In this document: positions 1 to 9,397 of the stretch, piece after piece
Position numbering within the stretch: position 1 is the stretch's first letter
How the letters are laid out: every line of letters starts with the position of its first letter
DNA from: a virus
Taxonomy: Duplodnaviria; Caudoviricetes
Length of the DNA: 48,644 bases
Strand: one strand, 5' to 3'
IMG/VR virus record: IMGVR_UViG_3300017991_000152
Location: 1-48,644 of that record
The notes under the pieces: model-generated
What the model was told of the DNA's origin: nothing
The model's input: the letters and a program-made list of their open reading frames with translations, nothing else
Database searches by the model: none
Position numbers and translations under genes: made by a program

Positions 1-30
1 AAACACATTGAAATAGAGGTATTTGGTTGA
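1..30 (+). CDS. Possible 3' end of a gene entering the window (KHIEIEVFG*)
   Basis: Frame 1 is open to TGA at 28-30 and is followed by a bidirectional terminator-like hairpin. Confidence 0.3.
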   Translation, partial: KHIEIEVFG

Positions 31-80
31 AAGTCTTTCCTATATTTCACACTACGTGCCAAAGCGCAAGCGTAAAAATA

Positions 81-114
81 AAAAAGGTCTACTTTTGCTT
101 GAGTAGACCTTTTT
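81..114. terminator. Bidirectional rho-independent terminator
   Basis: AAAAAGGTCTACT...AGTAGACCTTTTT inverted repeat downstream of the minus-strand operon. Confidence 0.8.
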
Positions 115-187
115 ACTGCTTAACGTTAATAGCCGGGGGTAGCTAAGAAAAAGATTGCATACCTGCGAACTAATTGCAACTAGAAAG

Positions 188-742
188 TCAGGGGTTTTTG
201 GGTTTGATCAAGGTTGTGTAGATTGCGAATCCTTTGCGCTTGCCATGAAAGTTTCGCTCGATATTAATCGGCCTATATCCATACTTTATGGCGTAATCTA
301 CTAAGAAACGGAAGTCATAGGCATACCCATAAGCGCTGTGATCTCGAAAACTACCGATTTCAGGCCACGCGTGGAGTAGGACGCCCCCCGGCCTAACGAC
401 CACATCACAATTATCAAAAAACATCTGTTGGTTTTCTACGTGCTCTGCAGTACCCCCATTGATAACCATATCAAAGTATGCATGGTATTTCGGATCTATA
501 GGTTGACATAAATCTGCTAGAACGTCTGCTCTGCCGTTGATATCAAATGAGATCACTTCTCCCCATGTTTTGCGCAAAACACGGTTAGCCCGGCGTTTAC
601 CTAAATGACGCATAACCAGATCGCCCATTAGGGCTAGTTTGGCCTCTTTTCGGTTAATCTTTGCTTCTTTTAATGCATGCTTAATAAGCGGTAGTGTGTA
701 TTTATTTATCCCCATGAGTGACACCAAACCAGCCTGATCCAT
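188..742 (-). CDS. Class I SAM-dependent methyltransferase-like protein (start may be ATG at 715)
   Basis: FDMVINGGTAEHV and VVRPGGVLLH resemble Methyltransf_11-type motifs; SFDIN acidic motif. Confidence 0.65.
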   Translation of the reverse strand: MDQAGLVSLMGINKYTLPLIKHALKEAKINRKEAKLALMGDLVMRHLGKRRANRVLRKTWGEVISFDINGRADVLADLCQPIDPKYHAYFDMVINGGTAEHVENQQMFFDNCDVVVRPGGVLLHAWPEIGSFRDHSAYGYAYDFRFLVDYAIKYGYRPINIERNFHGKRKGFAIYTTLIKPKNP

Positions 743-1307
743 TAGGGTTCCATACCTGTTTTTTAAAGTTGTGAATATGATAGAAGTAAAGACCAGGCAT
801 AGAATAGAGCATATACCCTGCCCGTCCTAGAGCCCGTGAATATCGATTATCGACCCCCATAAGTCTCTTTCTGGTCTCGTCAAAACCCCCTGCAGCTTTC
901 CACGCAGTCTTATTGGTCAGGATAAAGAAGCCACTCAAGGCACCCGGTATGCGCTGGATAGTAGTTTCCTTCAGTACCCCTTTTTGGTCTACGACGCTAT
1001 GCTGGTGAAAAAGTTTTTTGGCATAACAGATGTGATCAATCACATCATGGTTTTGAGGGGGTTCAGGAGCCTTTTGTTGGGGAGCACCAATGCGGTTAGT
1101 AACGCAAGTTATCCATCCTACTTTCTCTTTTCTCAAATGATTAATGGCATATAGACACATATCATGCCAATACGCATTACAGTTATAAAGATCCCAATCT
1201 AGAAACAAGACCCAATCAGTTTGTGCTCTGGCCATGGCTATATTATATGCCCGAGCAAGTTTTCTACCTGGTTCGTATGGGATATATACGGTTATTTCGT
1301 TCTGCAT
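702..1307 (-). CDS. GT-A fold glycosyltransferase (GT2-like)
   Basis: LARAYN...DWVLFLDWD (DxD), GFFILT, AGGFDE, GVDN. Confidence 0.75.
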   Translation of the reverse strand: MQNEITVYIPYEPGRKLARAYNIAMARAQTDWVLFLDWDLYNCNAYWHDMCLYAINHLRKEKVGWITCVTNRIGAPQQKAPEPPQNHDVIDHICYAKKLFHQHSVVDQKGVLKETTIQRIPGALSGFFILTNKTAWKAAGGFDETRKRLMGVDNRYSRALGRAGYMLYSMPGLYFYHIHNFKKQVWNPNGSGWFGVTHGDK

Positions 1308-1309
1308 AA

Positions 1310-1990
1310 TTATCCTCTTGTGCGACTGATAGAAGCATCAATAAAGTTGTAATCTTTAAGAATGATACCTCCTAAGTACATGTTAATATGTGCCGCGATA
1401 TTGGCTGTCTTGTTAACCAAATGCTCAAAAGGAACATTAATATAAGGAATGTTATCCCGGATTAAAACATCTAGGGCTTGGTTGTGGTAGAGCTTAGCAA
1501 GGTCCACGAATTGGCCGGGATAGAGCTTTTCTTTATTCCCTCGGTTGCGCATGCTCTGGGCGATAGAGTCATATTTGCGTAACGTCAGAATGATTTTGAC
1601 CTGTCTAGAATCTATTCCAGCTTTAGCAATAGCCTCGATCCAAAACCGCAATGTAAGGCATGTTCGAGGATCTTTCCAGCCCCACAACTGATAAATATTA
1701 TCATAGTATCTAATGAGGTTTGCCATTTGATCAAGATGCTTTTCTCTTATCTTTTCTATATCCCAAGCCGGGATGATAGGCTTAAAGGCTTTAACCCTAT
1801 GCCCCCCCTCCCCTAGTATTTTGTCATTCAATTGCCTAAAGCGTTTATTCTCGAAAAATCCTTTAGGATTCTCACGCATAGGTGGGGGATAAAAGTCTCT
1901 ATCCTCCCCCATAGTAACGCCATTAGAGTGCAGTAAACCAGCGAGTGCCGATGTGCCAGATCGATGCATACCCACAACTATTACGAGCAT
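1310..1990 (-). CDS. PAPS-dependent sulfotransferase
   Basis: N-terminal VVGMHRSGTS (5'-PSB loop), NPKGFFE, WGWKDPRT. Confidence 0.85.
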   Translation of the reverse strand: MLVIVVGMHRSGTSALAGLLHSNGVTMGEDRDFYPPPMRENPKGFFENKRFRQLNDKILGEGGHRVKAFKPIIPAWDIEKIREKHLDQMANLIRYYDNIYQLWGWKDPRTCLTLRFWIEAIAKAGIDSRQVKIILTLRKYDSIAQSMRNRGNKEKLYPGQFVDLAKLYHNQALDVLIRDNIPYINVPFEHLVNKTANIAAHINMYLGGIILKDYNFIDASISRTRG

Positions 1991-2005
1991 AAAAAAGGGA
2001 CCTTT

Positions 2006-2578
2006 CTATCGGACGATATGCCACCACACGAACCGTTTAAAGTCGAAATCCTTTTTAAAGGTCTCTTCTACGGCGCGAGTGACACCAAATGACCGATTGT
2101 AGCCTTTGACATGATAGTCATGGCCTGATAGCAACCCCCCTGGTTTGACTTTAGGTAACCATGTTTTGATATCTTCAATGACATATTCATATGCATGGTT
2201 ACCATCGATGAAAATAAAATCTAATGATTGATTTTCGATAAGCTTTGCAGCCTCTTTGCTATAGAGTTTCATAAGGCTAAAACGTTCTTCATATGGTTTC
2301 ATTCTAAACAGGAACGTTTTCATGACTTGATTGTAGTTTGCATCATGAAACTTGGCTTTATTTGGATTAAGCGTTTTGGTTTGTTCGGGATAATGTTCGA
2401 AAGGATCAACACAGATCAATTGCTGGATGGTAGGCAATGCCTGTAACAAACGAAAAGAAGTATCCCCCTCAAAAACACCGATCTCAGCACCTTTTTGATG
2501 TGGCCTATCCCTCAGGAGATTAATCAAAATGTTCCATCGTTTATTTTGTGGACTCATGAAGTACCCCGTCATAATCAA
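2006..2578 (-). CDS. Class I SAM methyltransferase (Methyltransf_24-like); start probably ATG at 2557
   Basis: GAEIGVFEG, CVDPF, DFIFIDGNHAYE, VKPGGLLSGHDY. Confidence 0.85.
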   Translation of the reverse strand: MIMTGYFMSPQNKRWNILINLLRDRPHQKGAEIGVFEGDTSFRLLQALPTIQQLICVDPFEHYPEQTKTLNPNKAKFHDANYNQVMKTFLFRMKPYEERFSLMKLYSKEAAKLIENQSLDFIFIDGNHAYEYVIEDIKTWLPKVKPGGLLSGHDYHVKGYNRSFGVTRAVEETFKKDFDFKRFVWWHIVR

Positions 2579-3767
2579 TCGGCATGCTGTCGCGCCAAGT
2601 GCTGGTACAGATGATTTTAGATTGGTTTATTCGGTTTTTATGAGTATAAGCCAAATCAATAATTTGCTGCAATGATTCATTATTCAGTTTGATAGGTTTC
2701 AACCCTAGGGTGTGGATGTTTTCCATACATGCGCTAAGGGAATTTTCTGCAGCCTCCACACGTGGATTATTGTAGTGTCGAATTTTGGCACCTGTAAGAT
2801 TCTTAATCTGTTTAGCAATGTCTAGGATGTTTAGCTGTTCGGTCGTTTGGTTCCACACCTTGACCCTGCCGTTTTTTGCAGGGGGATTTTCAACGGCAAG
2901 CTGGATGCATTGTACGGTATTTTGAATATGCACAAAAGCACGAGTCTGGCCTCCAGTACCATAAACGGTCAAAGGATGGCCTACGGCACTTTGCGCAATC
3001 CACCTGTTCAGAACGGTTCCAAAGTCACCGTCATAGTCAAATCGGTTGACGAGTCGCGGATCAGAGCTTGTAAGATCTGTATCAATCCCCCATACGATCC
3101 CCTGGTGCAAATCCGTTATGCGCAACCCATCATTTTTTTGGTAAAATGCAAAAAGCTGTGCATCCAAAACCTTAGTCATATGATAAATACTGCCAGGATT
3201 TGGGGGGTAGTAAATTTCTACTGGTTGCTGGTTTAGGGTATGTGTAATAGGGTCTACCATTAAACACTTGATATAGCCCTCGGGAATAGAAATTCCTGCA
3301 GTACCATAACCGTAGACTCCCATAGTCCCTAGATGAACTACATGGGCATCTGTTTTAGTCTCAACAAGCGCATTTAGAAGGTTGTGGGTCGTTCGAATGT
3401 TGTTTTCAATAGTATATGCCTTGTGTCGTGAAGATCGCATGGAATAAGGAGCACTGCGCTGTTCCGCAAAATGCACAATGGCCATAGGCTTAATACGTTT
3501 CATCTCCTCACATAAGTTAAGATAGTCGCGAGCAATATCTAAATAGACATGTTCAATAGACTTGTGTGTGAGCTCATTCCAGGCTGCACAACGTCCCTCA
3601 ATCGACTCAATAGGGGTAATGCTTGTAATAGCCTTTTCGTTGTCTATGTCGCGCCTGACAAGGTTATCAATGATAGTGACAGAATAGCCTAAGTTACTTA
3701 GGTGTAACGAAGTAGGCCATCCACAAAACCCATCGCCTCCTAGAATAATAATGTTACCCTTGCTCAT
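2541..3767 (-). CDS. sqdB: UDP-sulfoquinovose synthase (SqdB/SQD1/Agl3 family SDR)
   Basis: GGDGFCGWPT, HFAEQRSAPYSM, HLGTMGVYG, PGSIYHMTK, TDLHQGIVWG, RFDYDGDFGTVLNR and LTVYGTGGQTR are all family-diagnostic. Confidence 0.93.
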   Translation of the reverse strand: MSKGNIIILGGDGFCGWPTSLHLSNLGYSVTIIDNLVRRDIDNEKAITSITPIESIEGRCAAWNELTHKSIEHVYLDIARDYLNLCEEMKRIKPMAIVHFAEQRSAPYSMRSSRHKAYTIENNIRTTHNLLNALVETKTDAHVVHLGTMGVYGYGTAGISIPEGYIKCLMVDPITHTLNQQPVEIYYPPNPGSIYHMTKVLDAQLFAFYQKNDGLRITDLHQGIVWGIDTDLTSSDPRLVNRFDYDGDFGTVLNRWIAQSAVGHPLTVYGTGGQTRAFVHIQNTVQCIQLAVENPPAKNGRVKVWNQTTEQLNILDIAKQIKNLTGAKIRHYNNPRVEAAENSLSACMENIHTLGLKPIKLNNESLQQIIDLAYTHKNRINQSKIICTSTWRDSMPIDYDGVLHESTK

Positions 3768-4578
3768 TTTGAGGTTTTCCTTTCATGCGGTCGATTTCCT
3801 TTTGAAATAGCTTTGCACAGTCATCTTTTCGTAGTTTATGAACATTACCACACCAAATGGCGTCTTTGGGTTTGTTACGGCCTGGAAGTCCGTATTTTAC
3901 GGGTAGCCTTAAGGCCTCAAGTCTCTTATCTTTGATCGCGGATTGATAGGCTTGCCAACAGCTTGTCTGTCCCCAACCAATCGGACGTTCTAAAGGGGGA
4001 ACCATACAAGCAATCCTGATCCAATCTGATAACCAGTAGCGTGTGTTAGGCGTCGGAAAGATGGCTATCATATCAATTGTGATACGTGCCTTGATGGGGT
4101 TTATCTTTGGCCTAAGTTTCAGCCCAACTTCGTAGCCTTTCATTTCGTCGATGATACTTTTGATATTAGCACGAAATAACGTGTCAATATCGAAATGAAC
4201 AATCAAGGTTTGTGGCTCGTCTTTTAAGTGTTGAATCATGTTGTGTAGCCTTAAAACCCTCTCCTCCCCTGCTACCATTAATTTCCACGCCTTGTTTTCT
4301 TGAGACACATACCCGTGCTCAACTTCTTCACGCCACCGTTCTAGTTTCGCTACAGATACCTTTGCACGTTTTGACATTTTTGTGAGATTAAAGTCCCTCC
4401 TACGAATTTTTGTAAATGGGTAGCGGTAAATAAGATCGTCACGCATTGGATCCTTGATACCTACGGCATCAATAAAAAGGGGTATATGATCATCGGCATG
4501 GTGGAGGCAAAAGCTCTCAACGAACGTTTTGGCTAGATCATGCATGCCTGCGGTATAATATGTGTGAGCAATAAACAT
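3754..4578 (-). CDS. Putative GT-A nucleotide-diphospho-sugar transferase
   Basis: IVHFDIDTLFR DxD motif, GWGQTS, position in the operon. Confidence 0.55.
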   Translation of the reverse strand: MFIAHTYYTAGMHDLAKTFVESFCLHHADDHIPLFIDAVGIKDPMRDDLIYRYPFTKIRRRDFNLTKMSKRAKVSVAKLERWREEVEHGYVSQENKAWKLMVAGEERVLRLHNMIQHLKDEPQTLIVHFDIDTLFRANIKSIIDEMKGYEVGLKLRPKINPIKARITIDMIAIFPTPNTRYWLSDWIRIACMVPPLERPIGWGQTSCWQAYQSAIKDKRLEALRLPVKYGLPGRNKPKDAIWCGNVHKLRKDDCAKLFQKEIDRMKGKPQNEQG

Positions 4579-4579
4579 G

Positions 4580-5980
4580 CTAAACCTCTACCGGGGGAAG
4601 TGGTTTCAGTGGAGCACCTGTCATGTCCTGTCCATACTGTTTATTCACCCCGTACAGGCCCCATGTTTTGGGCACTCGCACGGGTTTGTCCCAGTAATCG
4701 AGCCGTTTGATGTTTAGGTATTCTTCATTCCTACTAGCTCGGTAGGCGCGTCGTAAAAGCGGTTCCATTTGATCTAGCCATATTCTATCTAAAGAAAAAT
4801 ACCATTGGTTTTTGAGGTCCCTAAGGCGCGGGATAACCATCATTGCAATTTCATCGAAGTATTGCGCGATAGACGGGTTGTAGCTTACGAGTCTAAAATC
4901 ACCGGCTTGTCCGTCACGAATACCGGGGGTTTTGTGACTAAAGTTGATATAGATCGCGTCACGCCCACCCATTTCTTTGAGGCATGGCAAGTTTTCATTT
5001 AGGACTAGCTGACACCCTGAAATCTTTGCCTCTTGAAACACGTTGCCGACAGTCTCACGCCATGAGGCAAAGACGAAAAGATTAGATAGTTTGTATAGGT
5101 CTGCAATGGATTTTCGAGGAATAGGTTTGTGAATATTGATATCACATGTCCACAAGTAGTCCTCATTCTCAACTAGGCCTAGGTGGTTCATCCACTCTTT
5201 CTTAAGCCTCATTTCATCCATTCGCTTTTTACTGTTAGCATTGGCCAAAATGAGTGCTACGCGTTGCCCGCAGCGCTTTAAAGCCGCGAACATGTGGATC
5301 ACCCCATCAATGCCTTTACTGTCCATTCTTGTCGTGCAAAAAGGGAACACTTGAACAACCTGTTTATTGGGCAGGTCCAAAATATCCGAGATCTTCCACA
5401 CAATAGGGTCCATTTCATGGAAACTGCGGATATCCTTAGGATTGTAGACTGGGTGACATTGCCAAGGTTCCGCGTTATACATACGCTGAAGTCCGGGGAG
5501 TTCGAACGAGTTGAGATAAACGAGAAAGCTTTTAAGTGGGATTTGGTACCTTAAATTCTCAGGATAGCTCGCCGATAGATCCCGTGTAGTCCAACTAGAA
5601 TGAATCCAATGACACCACCAAGCCTTTAGCTTCTCAGCAACCTCCCTCATAGCTGCCGATTGGGGTAGAAAATTTCCTTTGCGCTGGTAGACCATATCCG
5701 CGGTTAACACCACGTCATACGGTTCTAGGAACTCAAGGTAAGCCTCTTTAAACTGGGCTACCCTATCCGCAAAGGGCAGTTCCGAAATGGGGTTAGGAAG
5801 GCAATTCTTTTGATGTGGGTAAATGTCAGTTTTGCATTTCATGTTGACTAAAAAATCAAAATCAACACCATAACGTTCGAGCATTCGAGCGCGTTCGTGC
5901 CAACCGACATGTAGCGCGTAAGATGACTGGAACCCCCCAAAATGACTACAGATTGCAACCTTCATATTCTCCATAAACAA
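4580..5980 (-). CDS. GT-B fold glycosyltransferase (GT4-like)
   Basis: TRMDSKG and LFVFASWRETVGNVFQEAKISG (E-X7-E motif). Confidence 0.8.
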   Translation of the reverse strand: MFMENMKVAICSHFGGFQSSYALHVGWHERARMLERYGVDFDFLVNMKCKTDIYPHQKNCLPNPISELPFADRVAQFKEAYLEFLEPYDVVLTADMVYQRKGNFLPQSAAMREVAEKLKAWWCHWIHSSWTTRDLSASYPENLRYQIPLKSFLVYLNSFELPGLQRMYNAEPWQCHPVYNPKDIRSFHEMDPIVWKISDILDLPNKQVVQVFPFCTTRMDSKGIDGVIHMFAALKRCGQRVALILANANSKKRMDEMRLKKEWMNHLGLVENEDYLWTCDINIHKPIPRKSIADLYKLSNLFVFASWRETVGNVFQEAKISGCQLVLNENLPCLKEMGGRDAIYINFSHKTPGIRDGQAGDFRLVSYNPSIAQYFDEIAMMVIPRLRDLKNQWYFSLDRIWLDQMEPLLRRAYRASRNEEYLNIKRLDYWDKPVRVPKTWGLYGVNKQYGQDMTGAPLKPLPPVEV

Positions 5981-6076
5981 TCCCCTCTTATGGTACTGCT
6001 TATCCCATAGATAAAAAATGTTGTAAAATTTGGCGTATTATAAACGAGTAGGTATGGGTTGGAAACCGGAAATTAT

Positions 6077-6343
6077 TTAGAAGGTTGAGGAGGGTTTACG
6101 GCTCTGGGCAACCTCAAGACGGACCACGTCAACAAGATAGGTGCTTACACCTTTATCACTGAAGGCCCCGTTGAATTCCATCTCGTGCCTATACCATCCC
6201 CTATTCTCAAGTTCTTCTTTGCTAAATAGGCAAGCCTTATGCATGTAAGGAGTCCATTGGAGGGGCTCGGGGAAGGATAAGAACTGAAAATTATCACGCC
6301 TAACCAGCACAAATGCCTGTTTCGTTATATAAGGGGTTTGCAT
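6077..6343 (-). CDS. Hypothetical protein
   Basis: 88-aa ORF overlapping the upstream gene, with an SD-like AAGGA. Confidence 0.55.
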   Translation of the reverse strand: MQTPYITKQAFVLVRRDNFQFLSFPEPLQWTPYMHKACLFSKEELENRGWYRHEMEFNGAFSDKGVSTYLVDVVRLEVAQSRKPSSTF

Positions 6344-6524
6344 GTTTTTCCTTCTCTAGATCGCGTTTATATGATTCTAACAGTTCCAGGGCAGTATTTA
6401 AACGACAAAGTTTTTCGTTGGGGTTGTTAAGAATAGCTAGGAGATGCCTAATGGCGAAATCCATTTTCTCGGGCAGGTTATTGTTAGTTAGGACTTCAAC
6501 TAGGTTGGTAATTTTGTGTTCCAT
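6300..6524 (-). CDS. Hypothetical protein (MEHKITN...)
   Basis: AAGGAG SD precedes ATG at 6524, inside the listed 6300-6635 ORF. Confidence 0.55.
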   Translation of the reverse strand: MEHKITNLVEVLTNNNLPEKMDFAIRHLLAILNNPNEKLCRLNTALELLESYKRDLEKEKHANPLYNETGICAG

Positions 6525-6616
6525 CTTGATTTCTCCTTGACTTTCTTTGATAGTGATTGCCGCAGAGAATTTTGCAAGAGAACGGTAGATATATTTTATG
6601 GGATACTTTTTATATA

Positions 6617-6787
6617 TTATTGTCGGAATTCGCAATACACTAAGTATATTCCTGCAGATATGGCAACTAAATCAATAATATGGGTATAGTGGGGGCCTTG
6701 GACAGAAAACGTTAAAATGGCATCTGCGGTGATCATAATAGAAAGCAATATGAAAGTGAATAAAATTAACCAGGGGTCCTTAACCAT
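6617..6787 (-). CDS. Small two-TM membrane protein, 56 aa (not in the ORF track)
   Basis: Hand translation MVKDPWLILFTFILLSIMITADAILTFSVQGPHYTHIIDLVAISAGIYLVYCEFRQ; start overlaps the upstream stop. Confidence 0.55.
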   Translation of the reverse strand: MVKDPWLILFTFILLSIMITADAILTFSVQGPHYTHIIDLVAISAGIYLVYCEFRQ

Positions 6788-7108
6788 TTTTTAGATACGT
6801 TTCCTCAATCTCTTTTAGAGATTTGACAAGCTCATTTTCGACAACCGAAGTGACGTATTTCATTGCGTAAACTAATTCTTCTTTGAGGCAAGGCATAGTG
6901 ACCGATACAAAGACCTTAGTAGTTTCGTATTGAGCAATTAGACTGTTTCACCTCTACCATACGTCACGTTTCCAGGTATAATCCCCTCAGGAAATATTCT
7001 AACATCTAGTATTTTGGTTTTGGTTTTTGGGTTTTTCTGGTCGGGGTATTGGTTTTCCCACTTAATCGTAGCACTCCGGTTTGTAACGGCTTTTTTGCTA
7101 GGCGGCAT
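6780..7108 (-). pseudogene. Frameshifted hypothetical gene (or sequencing error)
   Basis: AAGGA SD then MPPSKK...YGRGETV* (7108-6938); the protein continues in another frame as IAQYETTKVFVSVTMPCLKEEL...KNG* (6938-6780). Confidence 0.55.
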
Positions 7109-7172
7109 GGTGATCCTTTCTTTTTGTCTTGAGTATCATATATTTTTATGGGATACAATCTTTTGTTGCATC

Positions 7173-7217
7173 GTTGTGTTGGCAGTCACAATTTTTGTGT
7201 CACTATAATAATAGGAG
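7173..7217 (+). promoter_or_regulatory. sigma70-like promoter with CACAA-N3-TTGTG operator (copy 1)
   Basis: GTTGTGTTGGCAGTCACAATTTTTGTGTCACTATAATAATAGGAG; 43/45 identical to 28498-28542. Confidence 0.8.
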
Positions 7218-7234
7218 AAACAAGGAGAAACAAG

Positions 7235-7420
7235 ATGAGCGGCTATAGAATTCAGTTTGAAGTTACTTATAAAGGAAAAAAGGGGATAGGGCAGCATATA
7301 GGTGGGTTGGCTACCAGAGGAAAGCAAAATTGTGAATACTTGCTGATTGAATTCTACGATGGTGAACGTCTCATACGGACCCAAGAAGAGAAAAAAGAAG
7401 TGACATTTAAAGCATTATAA
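7235..7420 (+). CDS. Hypothetical early protein (MSGYRIQFEV...)
   Basis: AGGAG SD and ATG at 7235 directly behind the promoter. Confidence 0.65.
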   Translation: MSGYRIQFEVTYKGKKGIGQHIGGLATRGKQNCEYLLIEFYDGERLIRTQEEKKEVTFKAL

Positions 7421-7522
7421 TTTAGATTGTGAGGGATGGGGACAAAGGAGTATCCTATTAAAACTAATCTATGGGATACTACCCCCCTAGACAACCTCGC
7501 CTTAGTATGCTAGTCCCTCCCC

Positions 7523-8896
7523 ATGAAATCACAGATAAAAATAGAAAAAGATGGGCTGTATTGCAGAGCAGATCCTGACCTAGTCGAGCCGGTTACCGAA
7601 ATCCTCAAGTACAAACGCAGAGTTCGTAGGGTAACTCAATTCGGTAATCGGATTGAGTGGAAAGAGGCCTACTTCATTGATCGTAGGAATGGAAGGTTCC
7701 TATCAGGCCTGCTTGATAGGGTCACAACCCAACTAAAAGCGAAAGGCATTGACCATGACGTGGTAACTCCAGATTGTCTTGAGAGCTTCCTAGACTACGC
7801 TAGCAAGCCTGAACTTGACGGACTCACACTAAGACCTGATCAACTAAACTTAATCTCACAGGCCCGTAGATTTAGTCGGGGAGTGATTGTTAGTCCTACT
7901 GGTAGTGGTAAGACAATTACCGCACTAGGGATTATCAGCCAATGGCCAGGTGCACGATCTCTAATCCTAGTCCACCGAAGGGACATTGTAAAACAGTTCG
8001 TAGCACGGGCAAGAGCTCACCTACCCCATACTGAGGTGCAAGAAATTAAAGGTACAGATGCCTTTCTAAAAGGGGGCATCGTCTGCTCTACGATACAATC
8101 CATGTCACGATATCCTCTCAAAGAGACCATTGATCTCTTTGATATCGTAATTTGTGATGAGTGCCACCACGTAAGTAATCGACAAGGCATGTACGGTAGA
8201 TTCTTGAATAGCAACCTGGCACCTGTAAAAATTGGCTTTACGGCTACTCTACCAACCGATAGGGCCACCATGCTGTCTATGGAGGCAATTTTAGGTCCAG
8301 TGATTGGAGAACTTACACTGAAAGAAAGCCAAGATAAAGGAATCATCGTGAAACCCTATGTAACGCTCGTACCCGTTCCTTATGACCTTGAAATAGGCGA
8401 TCTCAAGAAGTATCGGGATATCTATTCTGAAGGCATCGTGCGCAATAGAGCACGCAATGCTCGCATTATAAAACTGGCTGCAGAACGCGCTAATAGAAAC
8501 CTAACCTCAATCATCCTTATCACTGAAGTAAAACACGGGGACAATTTAATCAAACTAGCAGACAACATCGGGCTTGATGCAGAGTTTGTGCAAGGTGCGA
8601 CTAAGTCAAAAGATCGAGATAAGATCAAAGAGCTTTTGGACAGCAAGAAAGTTGATTCGGTTATCTGCACGAACGTATGGAAGGAGGGGATTGACATACC
8701 GACCGTAGGAGCCATTTTTCTGGCTGGAGGTGGTAAGAGTGCTTTGAGTGTCCTTCAAGGTGTCGGTAGAGGCCTTAGAACGTCTGAAGGCAAAACAACG
8801 GCTGAGATTGTGGATTTTTTGGATCCCTATCGGTACCTTGCAGAGCATGCAATAGCTCGCATGACGGTTTACGCTGAAAAGGGTTGGTTTAAGTAG
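7523..8896 (+). CDS. SF2 DEAD/DEAH-box helicase (UvsW-like)
   Basis: LRPDQ, SPTGSGKT, ICDECHH, GFTAT, EGIDIP, QGVGRGLR. Confidence 0.92.
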   Translation: MKSQIKIEKDGLYCRADPDLVEPVTEILKYKRRVRRVTQFGNRIEWKEAYFIDRRNGRFLSGLLDRVTTQLKAKGIDHDVVTPDCLESFLDYASKPELDGLTLRPDQLNLISQARRFSRGVIVSPTGSGKTITALGIISQWPGARSLILVHRRDIVKQFVARARAHLPHTEVQEIKGTDAFLKGGIVCSTIQSMSRYPLKETIDLFDIVICDECHHVSNRQGMYGRFLNSNLAPVKIGFTATLPTDRATMLSMEAILGPVIGELTLKESQDKGIIVKPYVTLVPVPYDLEIGDLKKYRDIYSEGIVRNRARNARIIKLAAERANRNLTSIILITEVKHGDNLIKLADNIGLDAEFVQGATKSKDRDKIKELLDSKKVDSVICTNVWKEGIDIPTVGAIFLAGGGKSALSVLQGVGRGLRTSEGKTTAEIVDFLDPYRYLAEHAIARMTVYAEKGWFK

Positions 8897-8978
8897 TTTG
8901 TGGGATACTTTATTAATATTTGATCCCCTGCCCTCCCCTAGTGTATAGTAGCCAAAACAACGGAACTGGAGTGCTCCA

Positions 8979-9137
8979 ATGGATAACACGTCATTAGCTG
9001 TATTGATCTTCAGTGCTCTTATTCTTGCATGTAGTATCGGTTTAGAGTGCCGTAAAAGGGCACTAGAGAAACGGAAAAGGCAGACCAAGTTGAATGAGTG
9101 GTTTATAAAATATTCGTCAGAACAATCCCAACCTTGA
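8979..9137 (+). CDS. Small single-TM protein, 52 aa (not in the ORF track)
   Basis: GGAG SD; MDNTSLAVLIFSALILACSIGLECRKRALEKRKRQ...; TTGATC-N18-TATAGT upstream. Confidence 0.55.
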   Translation: MDNTSLAVLIFSALILACSIGLECRKRALEKRKRQTKLNEWFIKYSSEQSQP

Positions 9138-9178
9138 TAGGTTGGCCAGCTTAAACACTTATTTAGGAGATAATCAAA

Positions 9179-9397
9179 ATGGACCATAAAAACCCTTATG
9201 CTAATGCAGAATGCTATTACTGCGACCTAGCGAACCAGGAAAGGCCTTGTTGGGGAGGTATTAGTCAGGTTGATGTGCAATACAATCAAGTCTATAAAGA
9301 TATCTCCCCGATCAATGCTTGTGAGGGCCATACCCTCGTCGGCTGGACTTGTGGGCGTTATATTTTTCAGCATGAGAAAAAGGCAGTAAATGTTTGA
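9179..9397 (+). CDS. Small Cys/His-rich hypothetical protein
   Basis: AGGAG SD; CYYC...C...CEGH; stop overlaps the primase start. Confidence 0.65.
   Translation: MDHKNPYANAECYYCDLANQERPCWGGISQVDVQYNQVYKDISPINACEGHTLVGWTCGRYIFQHEKKAVNV

Noticed and set aside
188-5980. Host LPS/EPS locus flanking a prophage
   Set aside because: No transport, polymerase or housekeeping genes and no integrase or att site; the operon carries the phage-wide TATGGGATA motif (1276, 6001) and related sugar genes sit in the head module. Not fully excluded without flanking sequence
6938-6940. Stop-codon reassignment or readthrough
   Set aside because: The continuation is in a different frame, and all other genes end normally on TAA, TAG or TGA
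8017-9187. Minus-strand ORFs over the helicase and similar nested antisense ORFs elsewhere in the track
   Set aside because: They overlap well-supported genes and have no motifs or SD
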